The notes: generated by a model not told the origin, from the sequence alone. DNA of 64,000 nt from Pseudomonadota bacterium (GCA_023229365.1 JALNZK010000002.1:190343-254342), one strand, 5' to 3'. Counted from the stretch's first letter, positions 53,848 through 64,000 are shown. Numbers and translations: made by a program.

Positions 53848-54425
53848 GATTGTTCCTCGCAGGTCTTTTTGTTTTTATCAACATACCTACTGATTTTATG
53901 GAAATTTTTTGCCTCTTTTGCAAGATCGGGCAATTGTTGTTTCTCCATATGTTCTAACACTCGTCGTAGTTCTATTGTTGTTGCATCACTCTTGATGGTG
54001 TTCGCACGATGGGATATTACCTGAACATTTCCCTTCACATAACCATATTGTGGATTGATTCTATCTAACGATGGTGAATTTGGCGATGGATGACCTGTGC
54101 CTATTATAAGAGGAATTCCTAAGATAGGACATTTCTCTGGGATCACTATGTCTTTGTGAGTTAAATTAAAAGGAATACCTCTTTTTTTTGCCCTGCTTTT
54201 TACATTCCATAACATATATGCTATGGGATTTTTTCTGATAGATTCCCTTTTTTTTGCATTTGTCTTTACCCTATCTTTGTTGATGTTTTTTTTCGCTCTT
54301 GCGATTTCTTGCTCTCTGTGTGTTTTATAATATTCTTGACACTTCTTGTAGCACTCTCTGCATTTCAATTTTCCGTGAATGAAATCATCTGGGCTTTTGT
54401 CTACTTTACATCTGTTGCAAATCAT
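53844..54425 (-). CDS. His-Me finger (HNH_3-like) nuclease-domain protein with N-terminal CxxC pairs; catalytic His possibly replaced
   Basis: SLDRINPQYGYVKGNVQVISHRANT resembles SxDHIxxxxxNxxxNLRxxTxxxN but has R in place of H. Confidence 0.35.
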   Translation of the reverse strand: MICNRCKVDKSPDDFIHGKLKCRECYKKCQEYYKTHREQEIARAKKNINKDRVKTNAKKRESIRKNPIAYMLWNVKSRAKKRGIPFNLTHKDIVIPEKCPILGIPLIIGTGHPSPNSPSLDRINPQYGYVKGNVQVISHRANTIKSDATTIELRRVLEHMEKQQLPDLAKEAKNFHKISRYVDKNKKTCEEQS

Positions 54426-54483
54426 TTTTTCTCCATTGCCGAATACCTATCATTATATAGTATTTCGGCAATGGAAATTTTAA

Positions 54484-55422
54484 TTATTTGAAAAATTCTT
54501 CTGGTTTTGCAAATTCCATACCCAATCGGGTGGCAAAAGTTCTGTCGCTGGTAGAATCTCCGACAAAAATGCATTTTTGTGGGTTGAGTTTCCAACTCTC
54601 GATTAGTTGCACCCCCATCCCACTCGCTGGCTTTCTGCAATAGCAAGTCGGCGGCACATAATGTGGGCAAATAACCGTTTCAGCAATCACCCCATCCAAC
54701 AATTTATTGGTGCGTTCAATTGCTGCCAATGCGTTCGCTGCCGTGACCGTTCCTTTTGCGATTCCCGATTGGTTACTGGCAGCCAGCACCATATAACCAT
54801 CTTTTTTGTATTTTTGCAATACCTCTTTTCGCTTTGGAAGAATCACAACCTCCTCTGGAGAGGTAGGGTATGGCTCGGGACTTCCAGAGGGAGTGGATCG
54901 CACCGTATCATCCAAATCACAAATAATCGCCTTACCAGCGTAGGCTGATGAGCGACGAACAAAAGGAATTTTTTTGACACTGGTAAATCCCTCACCAGTG
55001 GTCGGTTTTTGCAATTCTTTGCGGTATCGGAAAAACACAGCAATGGGAAACATATTAGGGTCTTTAACATCCTTCAAAGACTCAGGCGTTAAAAATAATT
55101 TTCCATAACGCTCCCACATGCGATGCAACGCATTGATAATTGCATCTTCAATACTGGTGCTCATCCATTGACAATGAATATCTGCCCCATGTTTTTTAGC
55201 AGCGACAATAAAAGGTGCCCTGCCCAATTCTGTGGCAAATAAATTGTCAATAACGATATTTTGTTTGGCTTGCAAGGCTGCCTCGAAGGCAGGCAACAGG
55301 TCTATGACCTTGCCACCGGCTTTGTCCCGATTCAAATAAGTATATCCCTTGTCGGCAAAGCCTTTGGAAACCGTGCTTTTGCCTGATGCTGGACAACCAC
55401 AAACCAAAACCACTTCTGACAT
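54484..55422 (-). CDS. polynucleotide 5'-kinase / 3'-phosphatase (T4 Pnk-like)
   Basis: N-terminal LVCGCPASGKSTVSK (T4 Pnk has GCPGSGKST). C-terminal HAD phosphatase motifs AIICDLDDTV, LAASNQSGIAKG, IFVGDSTSD. 312 aa (T4 Pnk is 301 aa). Confidence 0.65.
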   Translation of the reverse strand: MSEVVLVCGCPASGKSTVSKGFADKGYTYLNRDKAGGKVIDLLPAFEAALQAKQNIVIDNLFATELGRAPFIVAAKKHGADIHCQWMSTSIEDAIINALHRMWERYGKLFLTPESLKDVKDPNMFPIAVFFRYRKELQKPTTGEGFTSVKKIPFVRRSSAYAGKAIICDLDDTVRSTPSGSPEPYPTSPEEVVILPKRKEVLQKYKKDGYMVLAASNQSGIAKGTVTAANALAAIERTNKLLDGVIAETVICPHYVPPTCYCRKPASGMGVQLIESWKLNPQKCIFVGDSTSDRTFATRLGMEFAKPEEFFK

Positions 55423-55814
55423 TTATTATTCCTCCGAAAAAATCCAATAGATACAATAAAGCCAGCCCAGCAGGAACGCAATGATAGCCCAAATAATATC
55501 TTTATTACGTTTCCAAGACAACAGTGCAGCAATAATGTTGCCAACACCAATATACAACATCGGATTTTCAATGGTAATCGATGGCATCAGTCTACCTTTT
55601 TATATTTAACTGCGACTCTTAATTGTTTTCCAATTTCTGTGTGATCTATTGTTTTGTTTTTTGCAACCCACACAACAAATGCGTCTCTTGAATCCAAGCA
55701 TTTAAATTGAAAAATATCGTGATTTTGAAGGGGGAAAATCATTTCACCTTTCAACGAGGCGGCTTTTTCTCGTATTTTTTCTCGACGTTGTTCGTCAAAA
55801 TTATGCTTGGCCAT

Positions 55815-56492
55815 TTAGTTGACTGCCTCCAATTCTTTTTGGGCTTGTTCCCTGATGGCAGGCTCAACACAAATATCATAAACAGCGACAAAGCTGGAAA
55901 GGGTCTTCCAGTCAAAAGTCTCCTGTCGTTCGTCCGTCAATGTCTTGAAACCTTTTTCTCGACGGCAATGATCGCACACCAAAAATATTTTGTCGCCAAG
56001 CATTTGTCCCGCCATCTGAATTAGCTCATACACTCGCTTGGGAACGGTAATTTTTGTGTTTTCTTTATCCCATCTAGCATACCAGAGAACGGTTTCACCC
56101 ATCAATGACCCGGCAGATTCTTTTATTTCTTCGGGATCAAACATGTTGTGTGAACGACCATGAACAATCTCGAATTTTTTTTGTTCGATCAAAAGCCGAG
56201 AGAAAAAGTCATCTTGTTTCATTCCTTGCCGGTGACAAATCCAACAACGGGGCTTGAGAGGTTCTACAGGTGTTGGCTCTGCTGGATACCAATCTTCTCT
56301 ACGCCAAGTAGCTTTCTTCCACTTTTCTTTTTCTTTTTCTTTGGCAAATTTCTCACCAGCCCGCATATCCTCAGCAGCAGCTTGTGTTTCAGAATGTTTG
56401 CGGCATGCCCGTTTGCCATCACCCAAATGCAATGTTTGGCGATGAGTAACCGTTTCACCACAGACCGAACAGACTACGGTTTTTACGGGCAT
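55815..56492 (-). CDS. hypothetical protein with N- and C-terminal CxxC/HxxC pairs
   Basis: 225 aa. Confidence 0.35.
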   Translation of the reverse strand: MPVKTVVCSVCGETVTHRQTLHLGDGKRACRKHSETQAAAEDMRAGEKFAKEKEKEKWKKATWRREDWYPAEPTPVEPLKPRCWICHRQGMKQDDFFSRLLIEQKKFEIVHGRSHNMFDPEEIKESAGSLMGETVLWYARWDKENTKITVPKRVYELIQMAGQMLGDKIFLVCDHCRREKGFKTLTDERQETFDWKTLSSFVAVYDICVEPAIREQAQKELEAVN

Positions 56493-56787
56493 TGTACAAC
56501 TTCCTTTATTTCAAACACATAATCTTCTGGCGAAATCATTTTAAGTCGTTGAAGAGTCATTTCTAATCTTGCTCTATCTAGCCCAATCACATCCCTTCGT
56601 TCGCCACGGGGAAGAAAATACTCCAAATAATCCTTCAACAGAAGGGTTGTTGGGCCACTTTTCGCTGGATATGTGCAGACAATTTCGTAAAGCATTAGCC
56701 TCATTATACTTCAGAAATGAAGGATGTAAACTCCAAAAAATAAGGGGAATTGGGCTTTACGCACAATTCCCCTTATATCCCAAGAGT

Positions 56788-57678
56788 TTACGACTTCCAG
56801 GCAGCTTTAGCTCCTGTGCTGAAAACAGCAGCACCACCAGTAGAACACGATACAGCGGGGGTATCGACATCAATGGATTTATCCAAATCTGCGGAATCAG
56901 CACTTGCATAATCTGCAAGGCATTCATCCGAATCAGAATACATGTTTTTGCAAGATGAGCCACCGATGCCACGTACCATATTCAACGCAGCAGCATATAC
57001 TCGTTTACTGCTATTTCTGTGACCTGTTCTTGCACCCTTGACAGTTTTATTGTCCCAAAGAGCCACGTTTGCCATTGGAACATTCAAAGCGGCAGCAGCC
57101 TCAGTGAGGTAATGTCGGTCGCAACCCATAAAACTAAATGTCCAGCGACCACTGGCTTCCAATGGCTTCATGAGTTCATCCAACGGAAGTCGAGGATCAG
57201 GCTTTTGTCCAGCCTTGATTTGTGCCTCGGTCAGATGTTCCTGCACCCATTTGTAGTGCGATGATTTATTTTCTTGGCCATCGGTGACAATCACAAAAAT
57301 ATAGTTATTGTCAGGATCGTTGTAATTAGTGGTTTCACGGAGTTTTTCGATGGAGTATCCGATGCCATCGAGCATAGCCGTCCAACCATCGGCATTAAAA
57401 TCTCCTTGTTTGCATTCTTGGAGATCGGAAGCTGGCACTTCCCACAGGTGTTCAAAAACTTCTGTGGCAAAAGTAATCAGGGATACTTTGACTTCTGCGG
57501 TGCCTGCTGTTTCTTCTGCCATTTTCTTGAACAAACGAACTTGATCGTTGTAATTATTTACAGCTTCTTCGGCTGTGGACGACATCGACCCTGAGCGGTC
57601 GATTACAAAAACGACATGAGTAGTCTTCATTATATTTTTCCTTGTTGGTGAATTGTAAAAAAGCAGGCACCCCGGCAA
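56788..57678 (-). CDS. von Willebrand factor A (vWA) domain protein
   Basis: THVVFVIDRSGSMSS (MIDAS DxSxS). Confidence 0.5.
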   Translation of the reverse strand: MPGCLLFYNSPTRKNIMKTTHVVFVIDRSGSMSSTAEEAVNNYNDQVRLFKKMAEETAGTAEVKVSLITFATEVFEHLWEVPASDLQECKQGDFNADGWTAMLDGIGYSIEKLRETTNYNDPDNNYIFVIVTDGQENKSSHYKWVQEHLTEAQIKAGQKPDPRLPLDELMKPLEASGRWTFSFMGCDRHYLTEAAAALNVPMANVALWDNKTVKGARTGHRNSSKRVYAAALNMVRGIGGSSCKNMYSDSDECLADYASADSADLDKSIDVDTPAVSCSTGGAAVFSTGAKAAWKS

Positions 57679-57704
57679 TACACCGGGGGCCTGTGATTAC
57701 GGAT

Positions 57705-58748
57705 TTAGCCGTTCCAATGACGGGCTCGCACCGCATGTCCCCAAACGCCTGTACCTTGCGGAGTTGGAGAATAATAATTGGCATACGGCACAGGCTGTTG
57801 CCAAGCTACCTGTGCCCCTCCATCAAAAGGGTTTGGAGTTTTCCCCTGTGGAGCCGGTTGTCCAAGTGCAATCTGCAAATCGGGCAATTTGTTGTGGCTC
57901 TTCAATTCGTCAAACTTCACCTTGGTTGTGCCGTAGCGTTTGCACAATCTATCCCAGGCATCAGGCAACAAAGCCATATCCAAGAAAGAATGAGCATCTT
58001 CGATGCGAGTGATTTTAATTTCACCCGCCTGCAAACCGACACGGAGAAATTGACGGACTGCCAGAAGCACACCAGCCCAACTACGATTGGTTTGGTCGCA
58101 GGTTCCATCAGGACGGAGGGGACGACCCGGATAGAGCGGATTTTCTTCCGCAAAATTTTCCGGCAGATAGCCGATTGGATAAGCGGGTTTCGTGGTTCCA
58201 CGCACATCCACAATGGCCCATACTTCTCCCTTGGCTTGTGGACGTGGCGGATATTTCCGCTTGAGTTCATCCACCAAAGAATATGTGGCATCCACATCTA
58301 CTACTCGACTGCCGGGCTTGTCGAATACAATGCAGGGACTTCTCCCCACAATTCCCTGAAGTCGTTTGCCCACTTCGCTTTCGGGCTCTTCGGGGTCGAA
58401 ATGTTCTACCAATTGGCGAACAGTCATCTGACGAACTTTTTTCGGACCCACATAACTGGGCTTGTCGGATGTGTCAGCTTCATCCGATTTGTTGCGGAAA
58501 ATATCGGCAATATCTTTTGCCAATTGTTCCGGTTTCACTGGGCAATCGACAATGAGAGCATTGCCGAGACACATGGAAATTTGTTCCCACTTCAGGGAAC
58601 CAAGGGCTGCCTCGGTTGTTCCACCAAGAGCCTTAAGAAATGTGGCAAACTTACCAATGTCAACCGTTCCAGGGTTGCCAGTTCCCACAACCTCATTGTG
58701 CTTCTCAATAAGCACAACAGCAGCATCAACACGATCCTGATACGACAT
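57705..58748 (-). CDS. hypothetical protein (possible vWA partner)
   Basis: 347 aa ORF immediately upstream of the vWA gene. Confidence 0.35.
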   Translation of the reverse strand: MSYQDRVDAAVVLIEKHNEVVGTGNPGTVDIGKFATFLKALGGTTEAALGSLKWEQISMCLGNALIVDCPVKPEQLAKDIADIFRNKSDEADTSDKPSYVGPKKVRQMTVRQLVEHFDPEEPESEVGKRLQGIVGRSPCIVFDKPGSRVVDVDATYSLVDELKRKYPPRPQAKGEVWAIVDVRGTTKPAYPIGYLPENFAEENPLYPGRPLRPDGTCDQTNRSWAGVLLAVRQFLRVGLQAGEIKITRIEDAHSFLDMALLPDAWDRLCKRYGTTKVKFDELKSHNKLPDLQIALGQPAPQGKTPNPFDGGAQVAWQQPVPYANYYSPTPQGTGVWGHAVRARHWNG

Positions 58749-58898
58749 AAAACACCTCTGCTTTCTTCTATGGTGGTCTTGACAGCGGCACCACCATCTA
58801 ACCGCTACCCATATTATAGTGTCAGAACATTGATTTGTAAAGTGGATTCCAAAAAAATTTTTTTGGAGCTAAGAAGCCCCACTAATGGGGCATTATGA

Positions 58899-59915
58899 CT
58901 AAGACAATATTCTGTTCGCTTCCCTTATGTTGTTAAATATCCAATCTTCCATTTTGGGAAAATTAGTAAAACATACGCCATCCACATCGGCATATACGGA
59001 AACAGGGGCACAAATCAAGCCTTCCAACCCCAATTGTTTTGCTTTATGTGCATTTTCTATGACATGTTTTGGACCCTCGGCTCCAGTATACGTGGGGCAA
59101 ATTTTTGCTTGAGCAGCAGCTATGTTTGTCCACCAATCATTGCCAAAAGCAGAAAAAAGAATTGTTTTTAAACCATCTTTATTTTCTAATATTACATTTT
59201 CACACCCAACATTACCAAATACATTATTGTTGGGATCATTATAATAGGGCACATATTGCAACCATTTTTCTTGGTATAAATTTATTCTTTCTTTTGAAAT
59301 TCTCGAAAGTTCTCCCACAATCCATTCTTCCGATGGTTTGCCAGATTCTTGGCATTTTTGCTGAGCAAAAGAATCAAACCACCAAGGCGAATCATGTATG
59401 TTTACCTTTTCCCGGCCATCCGACGACATAAAACAAGTTGCTGGAAATAAATATTCACCACACTGTCCTATTGATGAAATGCAAACAGCATGCTTTAAAA
59501 CTTCTCGTAGTTTCTTGATATATGTTTGAACATAATTTTCTGCGACTTGGTTCCAATAGCTAAATATCCTCCCAGCCAGCACAAGAATGTGACTGAATGA
59601 AATGGAATCTTTAGCATTATACAATTTTGCATAACTGGAAAAATTATTTTTTTCTCCACAACAATTCGACAAATACCAAGATGGATCGTCAGCCCAAAAT
59701 GGCACTCCAATGGGCGTTTGAATCAATAGTTTTACCCCATGTCTGTTTAACATATCTTCATAAGCCAACCAATCACCAAAATCATAAACACCAGGGGAAG
59801 GTTCAGTTTGCCACCACCAATCAAACGCCACAATTGTTTTTGTTCCAGCATCAGCAAATTTCTTTATATCTTCTTCTTGGAAGTTTCGATTATAATCCAA
59901 AAGCATAATATCCAT
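58899..59915 (-). CDS. GH42/GH35-like TIM-barrel glycoside-hydrolase-like protein, paralog A
   Basis: FDWWWQTEPSPGVYDFGDW...GVKLLIQTP (compare WxxxEPxxGxYDF...GLKVxL). 338 aa, shorter than classical GH42. Confidence 0.35.
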   Translation of the reverse strand: MDIMLLDYNRNFQEEDIKKFADAGTKTIVAFDWWWQTEPSPGVYDFGDWLAYEDMLNRHGVKLLIQTPIGVPFWADDPSWYLSNCCGEKNNFSSYAKLYNAKDSISFSHILVLAGRIFSYWNQVAENYVQTYIKKLREVLKHAVCISSIGQCGEYLFPATCFMSSDGREKVNIHDSPWWFDSFAQQKCQESGKPSEEWIVGELSRISKERINLYQEKWLQYVPYYNDPNNNVFGNVGCENVILENKDGLKTILFSAFGNDWWTNIAAAQAKICPTYTGAEGPKHVIENAHKAKQLGLEGLICAPVSVYADVDGVCFTNFPKMEDWIFNNIREANRILS

Positions 59916-59920
59916 GATGC

Positions 59921-60658
59921 TTAACCTATGGTGGGGCGTTGTTTAATGTTATCATATTTCCAACCATCTTCCATATTGATTAAACATGATTTTGCAAGCA
60001 TTTCCACAATGTCCTGGGGGGTGTAACCATCATTTCTGCAATCAGCAATTTTGAAGTTGCCTGCTGTTTTACTTACATCTGACAAATCTGTTATGACATT
60101 GTTTTTTTGTTGCATCAATTTAGGAAGAAAATACAATGCGGGAATAGGAATGTCTAACAATGTGCAAAAATGACAATACAAACTATATTCAGACAATAAA
60201 TCCTCGCCACGAATGATTGTATTACATCCTTCCCTGCAATCTTGAACTACTTTGATTGCTGTGAGATAAGGAACATATGGATAAGGTCGATCTATGCTTT
60301 TGATATGAAGATGTTCATAGTGAGCAAAATGAGCCGAATCTGGATTCCCATCACCAATATCTGGGTCTATACCTCGCATACCCCGCAAATATGACTCATT
60401 TTCTTTTTTTTCTTTGCTTTCATAGGAATATAAATCTGGAACAATGCCCATCCATTCCAAATCTTCTTTGATAAGTTGACAATATTCTTCTATTTTTTCT
60501 ATTCCAATGTTTTTGATCCAATAGGATTGATCGTCGTCAAACCTTACAATAAATTTACCACCAGTAGATTTGGCAGTATGATAATTTACTAGTATTAAAT
60601 AAAGATGGCCTAAATGAAGGCGACCATTTGCGGTGGGATTAAACCTTGTAGTTTTCAT
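59921..60658 (-). CDS. glutamyl-Q tRNA(Asp) synthetase-like / truncated GluRS catalytic-domain paralog
   Basis: RFNPTANGRLHLGHL (HIGH motif), FIVRFDDDQ, VVQDCREGCNTIIRGEDLL (compare VVDDxxxGVTxIVRGxDL), SDVSKTAG (KMSKS-like). Confidence 0.55.
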   Translation of the reverse strand: MKTTRFNPTANGRLHLGHLYLILVNYHTAKSTGGKFIVRFDDDQSYWIKNIGIEKIEEYCQLIKEDLEWMGIVPDLYSYESKEKKENESYLRGMRGIDPDIGDGNPDSAHFAHYEHLHIKSIDRPYPYVPYLTAIKVVQDCREGCNTIIRGEDLLSEYSLYCHFCTLLDIPIPALYFLPKLMQQKNNVITDLSDVSKTAGNFKIADCRNDGYTPQDIVEMLAKSCLINMEDGWKYDNIKQRPTIG

Positions 60659-60661
60659 ATT

Positions 60662-61681
60662 CTATGATAGTAACCATATCTTGTTTGCCTTTTTTACATT
60701 ATCAAATACCCAATTTTCCAAGTGAACGGAATTGACCAAACCACAATGCATAATATTCATAGTGCCACAAATTAAACCACGAAAGCCCAGATTTTTTGCC
60801 TTGTGTGCGTTTTCTACAACATTTTCTGCCCCTTCCGCCCCTGCATATGTGGGACAAATTCTTGCCTGAGCAGTAGCCATGCTTAGCCAATTAGGCATAT
60901 CGTAGAAGGCCGAAAATAAAATTGTGGTCAAATCTTCTTTGTTTTCTAATATTACATTTTCGCACCCAACATTGCCCCAATTCATAGCTGGTCCGAAACT
61001 ACCATTGTTATAATAGGGCACATATTGCAACCATTTTTCTTGGTATAAATTTATTCTTTCTTTTGAAATTCTCGAAAGTTCTCCCACAATCCATTCTTCT
61101 GCTACTTTGCCAGATTCTTGGCATTTTTGTTGAGCAAAAGAATCAAACCACCAAGGCGTTGGATATACGCATGCCCCCATCATGCCAGCAATTGGAGGAA
61201 ATAAAAATTCTCCACACTCTCCTATAGAAGGAATACAAGTGGAATATTTTAATGTTTCTCTTATTTTCCTAATATATTTCCTAACATAATCTTCAGCTTC
61301 AGGATTCCAGTAACTGAATATCCTTCCGCACAATATAAAAAAATGGCAAAAGGGCATAGGGTCTTTAATATTGTATAATTTTGTCCATTGAGCAAAATCA
61401 TTTTTTTGGTTATAATAATTTGATAAATACCAAGCAGGATCATTAGCCCAAAATGGAGTTCCCATTGGTGTTTGAATAAGTAGTTTTACCCCATTCCTTT
61501 TTAACATATCTTCATAATGCAACCAATCATCAAAATCGTAAACGCCAGGAGAAGGTTCTGTTTTCCACCACCAATCAAAGGCTAAAATCGTATCAACCCC
61601 AGAATCAACAAATTTTTTAACATCTTCTTCTTTAAAATTTTTGTTATAATCTAAGACAATTATATTTGAAGTGGAACTCAT
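60662..61681 (-). CDS. GH42/GH35-like TIM-barrel protein, paralog B
   Basis: FDWWWKTEPSPGVYDFDDW...GVKLLIQTP. Paralogous to 58899..59915. Confidence 0.35.
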   Translation of the reverse strand: MSSTSNIIVLDYNKNFKEEDVKKFVDSGVDTILAFDWWWKTEPSPGVYDFDDWLHYEDMLKRNGVKLLIQTPMGTPFWANDPAWYLSNYYNQKNDFAQWTKLYNIKDPMPFCHFFILCGRIFSYWNPEAEDYVRKYIRKIRETLKYSTCIPSIGECGEFLFPPIAGMMGACVYPTPWWFDSFAQQKCQESGKVAEEWIVGELSRISKERINLYQEKWLQYVPYYNNGSFGPAMNWGNVGCENVILENKEDLTTILFSAFYDMPNWLSMATAQARICPTYAGAEGAENVVENAHKAKNLGFRGLICGTMNIMHCGLVNSVHLENWVFDNVKKANKIWLLS

Positions 61682-61715
61682 AAATATTATATAGTCAATT
61701 TAAAAGAAATGAATT

Positions 61716-62324
61716 ATGATAAATTTAAATGTAGTAAACGGTGCTGATGCTCTTTTGTTGAAATATGCTCAATTTTTGACAGAAAAAATAAAGGATATTC
61801 CTTTAATTGGTGCTGAGCTAGGAATCGCCTATGGAGGTGGAGTAGAAGCAATTGGGAAGATGTGGAAAGATTGCGGCGGCACCATTTATGGTTTAGATAC
61901 TTTTTCTGGACATCCGAAACAATTATCAAGCTCACCAGACAATTTTGAAGCAACGTGTATGGACGGATGGTATCAAAATTACGGGATAGAGGCCCTAGAA
62001 TATGACTATCAAAGAAAAACTTTAGATGAGCAAAATTTATCGAATGTAATCCTGATAAAAGGGCTTATCAATTCGCAGAGTTTAGCGAATGTTCCGTATT
62101 TGCACTATGCCTTGCTTGATATGGATTTAATTGCTTCTATGACCGTGGGATGGGAGATTGTGCGACCACTTATGAAAAAAGGTGGATATCTTTGCCTTCA
62201 TGATGTGGTGCCAAGAGGGCATATAACTGGTTTGTGGGAATTATATCAAGAAATATTGGCACAAGGCTACAAAGTAGTTGAAGAAGCTCCCTCTTCATAT
62301 TTGGCTGTATTAGAGAAAACTTAA
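61716..62324 (+). CDS. class I SAM-dependent O-methyltransferase-like (TylF/MycF-like)
   Basis: IGAELGIAYGGGVEAI is glycine-rich motif I. LCLHDVVPRG. Confidence 0.4.
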   Translation: MINLNVVNGADALLLKYAQFLTEKIKDIPLIGAELGIAYGGGVEAIGKMWKDCGGTIYGLDTFSGHPKQLSSSPDNFEATCMDGWYQNYGIEALEYDYQRKTLDEQNLSNVILIKGLINSQSLANVPYLHYALLDMDLIASMTVGWEIVRPLMKKGGYLCLHDVVPRGHITGLWELYQEILAQGYKVVEEAPSSYLAVLEKT

Positions 62325-63283
62325 AATCCCAATGTCGAAAGTGTCCACTTGTCGCCAAAATATTTTTTTATATACAACCTAAGCTCGGCAGCATCATTTG
62401 CTGTTTGCAAGGTTTTCAGTGGCTCATCATTACTGCCACTCGTGAAATCAGGGTATTTCTTGGACTCTTCGCACAACTTGACGGCTCTTGCAATTTGCCA
62501 CTGCATAAATGCTTTAAAATCAACATCCTTGGAGTCCACCTTGTAAATGAGACAGAGTGCCAAATTGTTAAATTCCATCATAAACTGCACAGTGTCTGCT
62601 CTCCGTCCCCAATTCCACTTACCAGTAGCCGCTAAATCTATTCCTGTTTCTGATCCATTAGTGTATGCTACAAATTCATCTATTAAGTAAAGTGGTTCAT
62701 TATTCCAGCCGCCACCACGCAACATTTTGCTACACAAGGTTTTGCAGACGCCAAGCTTGGGGTCTGGCTTCATCATTGCAACTTTTTTGGACTGCATGTT
62801 GATAACGTAGTTCTTGTACATCAATCCACGTAGTGATTTTGGCACTACTTTGGCTATTTCGGACAAGGTGGTACTCGGCTCAGGCAGAACTACAGCTTTG
62901 TTGTCAAAACAATAAAATGCATTTATTTTGCCCTGGCTGGAGTACTTCATTCTAACATATGAATTAATTCCGTGGGTATCTTCATGGGCATTGGTGACAC
63001 GATCAGAATCGCCGTAGGGGTGTCCTTTAGGCAAGTGGCTCTCAAGATCATTCAATTTACCCTCACGATTGGTGACTTGCCTGACTGGGGGATATTCTAC
63101 CCATTTTGGCGTTATTTCTACTATTGGTTCTGGCTTCGGCGGCACTGGCTCTACATGAATATTGGCTGGTTGCAAATAAAAATATACACCAACACCGCAC
63201 AGCAATAATACAGCCACAACGACCACAAGAATACCAATTAGTTTATTCATAATTTGCCCCTGTATCTTATTTAGATGGATCAA
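62321..63283 (-). CDS. membrane-anchored/secreted hypothetical protein
   Basis: N-terminal TM helix LIGILVVVVAVLLLCGVGVYFYL. 320 aa. Confidence 0.35.
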   Translation of the reverse strand: MIHLNKIQGQIMNKLIGILVVVVAVLLLCGVGVYFYLQPANIHVEPVPPKPEPIVEITPKWVEYPPVRQVTNREGKLNDLESHLPKGHPYGDSDRVTNAHEDTHGINSYVRMKYSSQGKINAFYCFDNKAVVLPEPSTTLSEIAKVVPKSLRGLMYKNYVINMQSKKVAMMKPDPKLGVCKTLCSKMLRGGGWNNEPLYLIDEFVAYTNGSETGIDLAATGKWNWGRRADTVQFMMEFNNLALCLIYKVDSKDVDFKAFMQWQIARAVKLCEESKKYPDFTSGSNDEPLKTLQTANDAAELRLYIKKYFGDKWTLSTLGF

Positions 63284-63309
63284 AATAAATATCAGACATC
63301 TATATATTA

Positions 63310-63714
63310 ATGATGAAAACGTTTAAAGATTATGTAATATTGCTTGAGCAAGACCCGATGGGCGGCATGGGTGGTGCCCCTGGTGGAATGCCGGGAATGC
63401 CTCCAGGTGGCGGCATGGGTGGTCCACCGGGAATGGACCCAGGAATGGGCGGCGGTATGGGTGGTCCACCACCAATGGGCGGCGGTATGGGTGGTCCACC
63501 TGGAATGGACCCAATGGGCGGCGGTATGGGTGGTCCACAACAGCAGCCTCCACCAAGTCAGCCCGCTGCATTGACTGCTAAGCCAAAAACAGTCTGGGAA
63601 GCGATGGAATCACTTTTGCAGAAAACTCCAAATCAACCCGTGGTTCAACAACAGCAACAACAGCAAAACCCAAGACCTCAATTGAGTTTCTTAAAAGGCG
63701 TGCCAGGAATGTAA
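63310..63714 (+). CDS. Gly/Met/Pro-rich low-complexity repeat protein
   Basis: (GGMGGPPGMDP)n is encoded by a DNA tandem repeat at about 63350-63545. The minus-strand ORFs over the same DNA are artefacts. Confidence 0.3.
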   Translation: MMKTFKDYVILLEQDPMGGMGGAPGGMPGMPPGGGMGGPPGMDPGMGGGMGGPPPMGGGMGGPPGMDPMGGGMGGPQQQPPPSQPAALTAKPKTVWEAMESLLQKTPNQPVVQQQQQQQNPRPQLSFLKGVPGM

Positions 63715-64000
63715 TGGATAAACCAATAGAAAAATATCCCGTCAACGGCTGTTTAACCATTATAATAACTATCTTTTTAATGTATTTGCTTTTGAGAGCT
63801 TGCAATTCATTAACATTTCCTTGGTACTAGGCTTGACTGTTTTTCGGTAATTGTGTATAAATTAGGAGACAGGGACGAACATTCATTTCCATTCATATTC
63901 ATCATATGTCCCTGTCTTTCTTTTTTATATGAGGTATTTGTGAGTAAAATATTATTGGTTGCCGACGCCCATATCCATCCACACAAAAATTCCGACGAGC

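Overview
The window reads as a fragment of a large lytic T4-like or jumbo phage genome. It is AT-rich and almost every gene is on the minus strand. Supporting genes are a UvsX/RecA-family recombinase fragment at the window start, a gp32-like ssDNA-binding protein, a DnaB/gp4-like helicase, an exonuclease-less family A DNA polymerase, an SF2 helicase, a sigma-70-family factor, a T4 Pnk-like polynucleotide kinase-phosphatase, a Dam-like methyltransferase, several HNH endonucleases and a cluster of at least 18 minus-strand tRNA genes at 42.0-50.3 kb. Accessory content is rich: three radical-SAM enzymes (RlmN/Cfr-like, KamA/EpmB-like and one with a Cys-rich SPASM-like tail), a split CoA pathway (CoaB plus a CoaC fused to an M23-peptidase-like domain), a GluQRS-like synthetase paralog, two membrane-anchored SNase-like paralogs, a C39-like peptidase, and HlyD-like and prepilin-like proteins. 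The most striking item is a six-member family of small proteins sharing a conserved N-terminal motif MK[ILVF]R[TML][GT]FVSNSS[ST][ST]SF ahead of unrelated C-terminal parts. Four copies sit in tandem directly downstream of the radical-SAM/SPASM-like gene and a lipoprotein gene. Also unusual is a set of class I tRNA-like genes (short variable arm, 72-76 nt) carrying the full range of leucine anticodons (UAA, UAG, CAA x2, CAG, GAG) alongside canonical class II tRNA-Leu genes. All calls are hand-made from the sequence without search tools, and the tRNA folds were done by eye.
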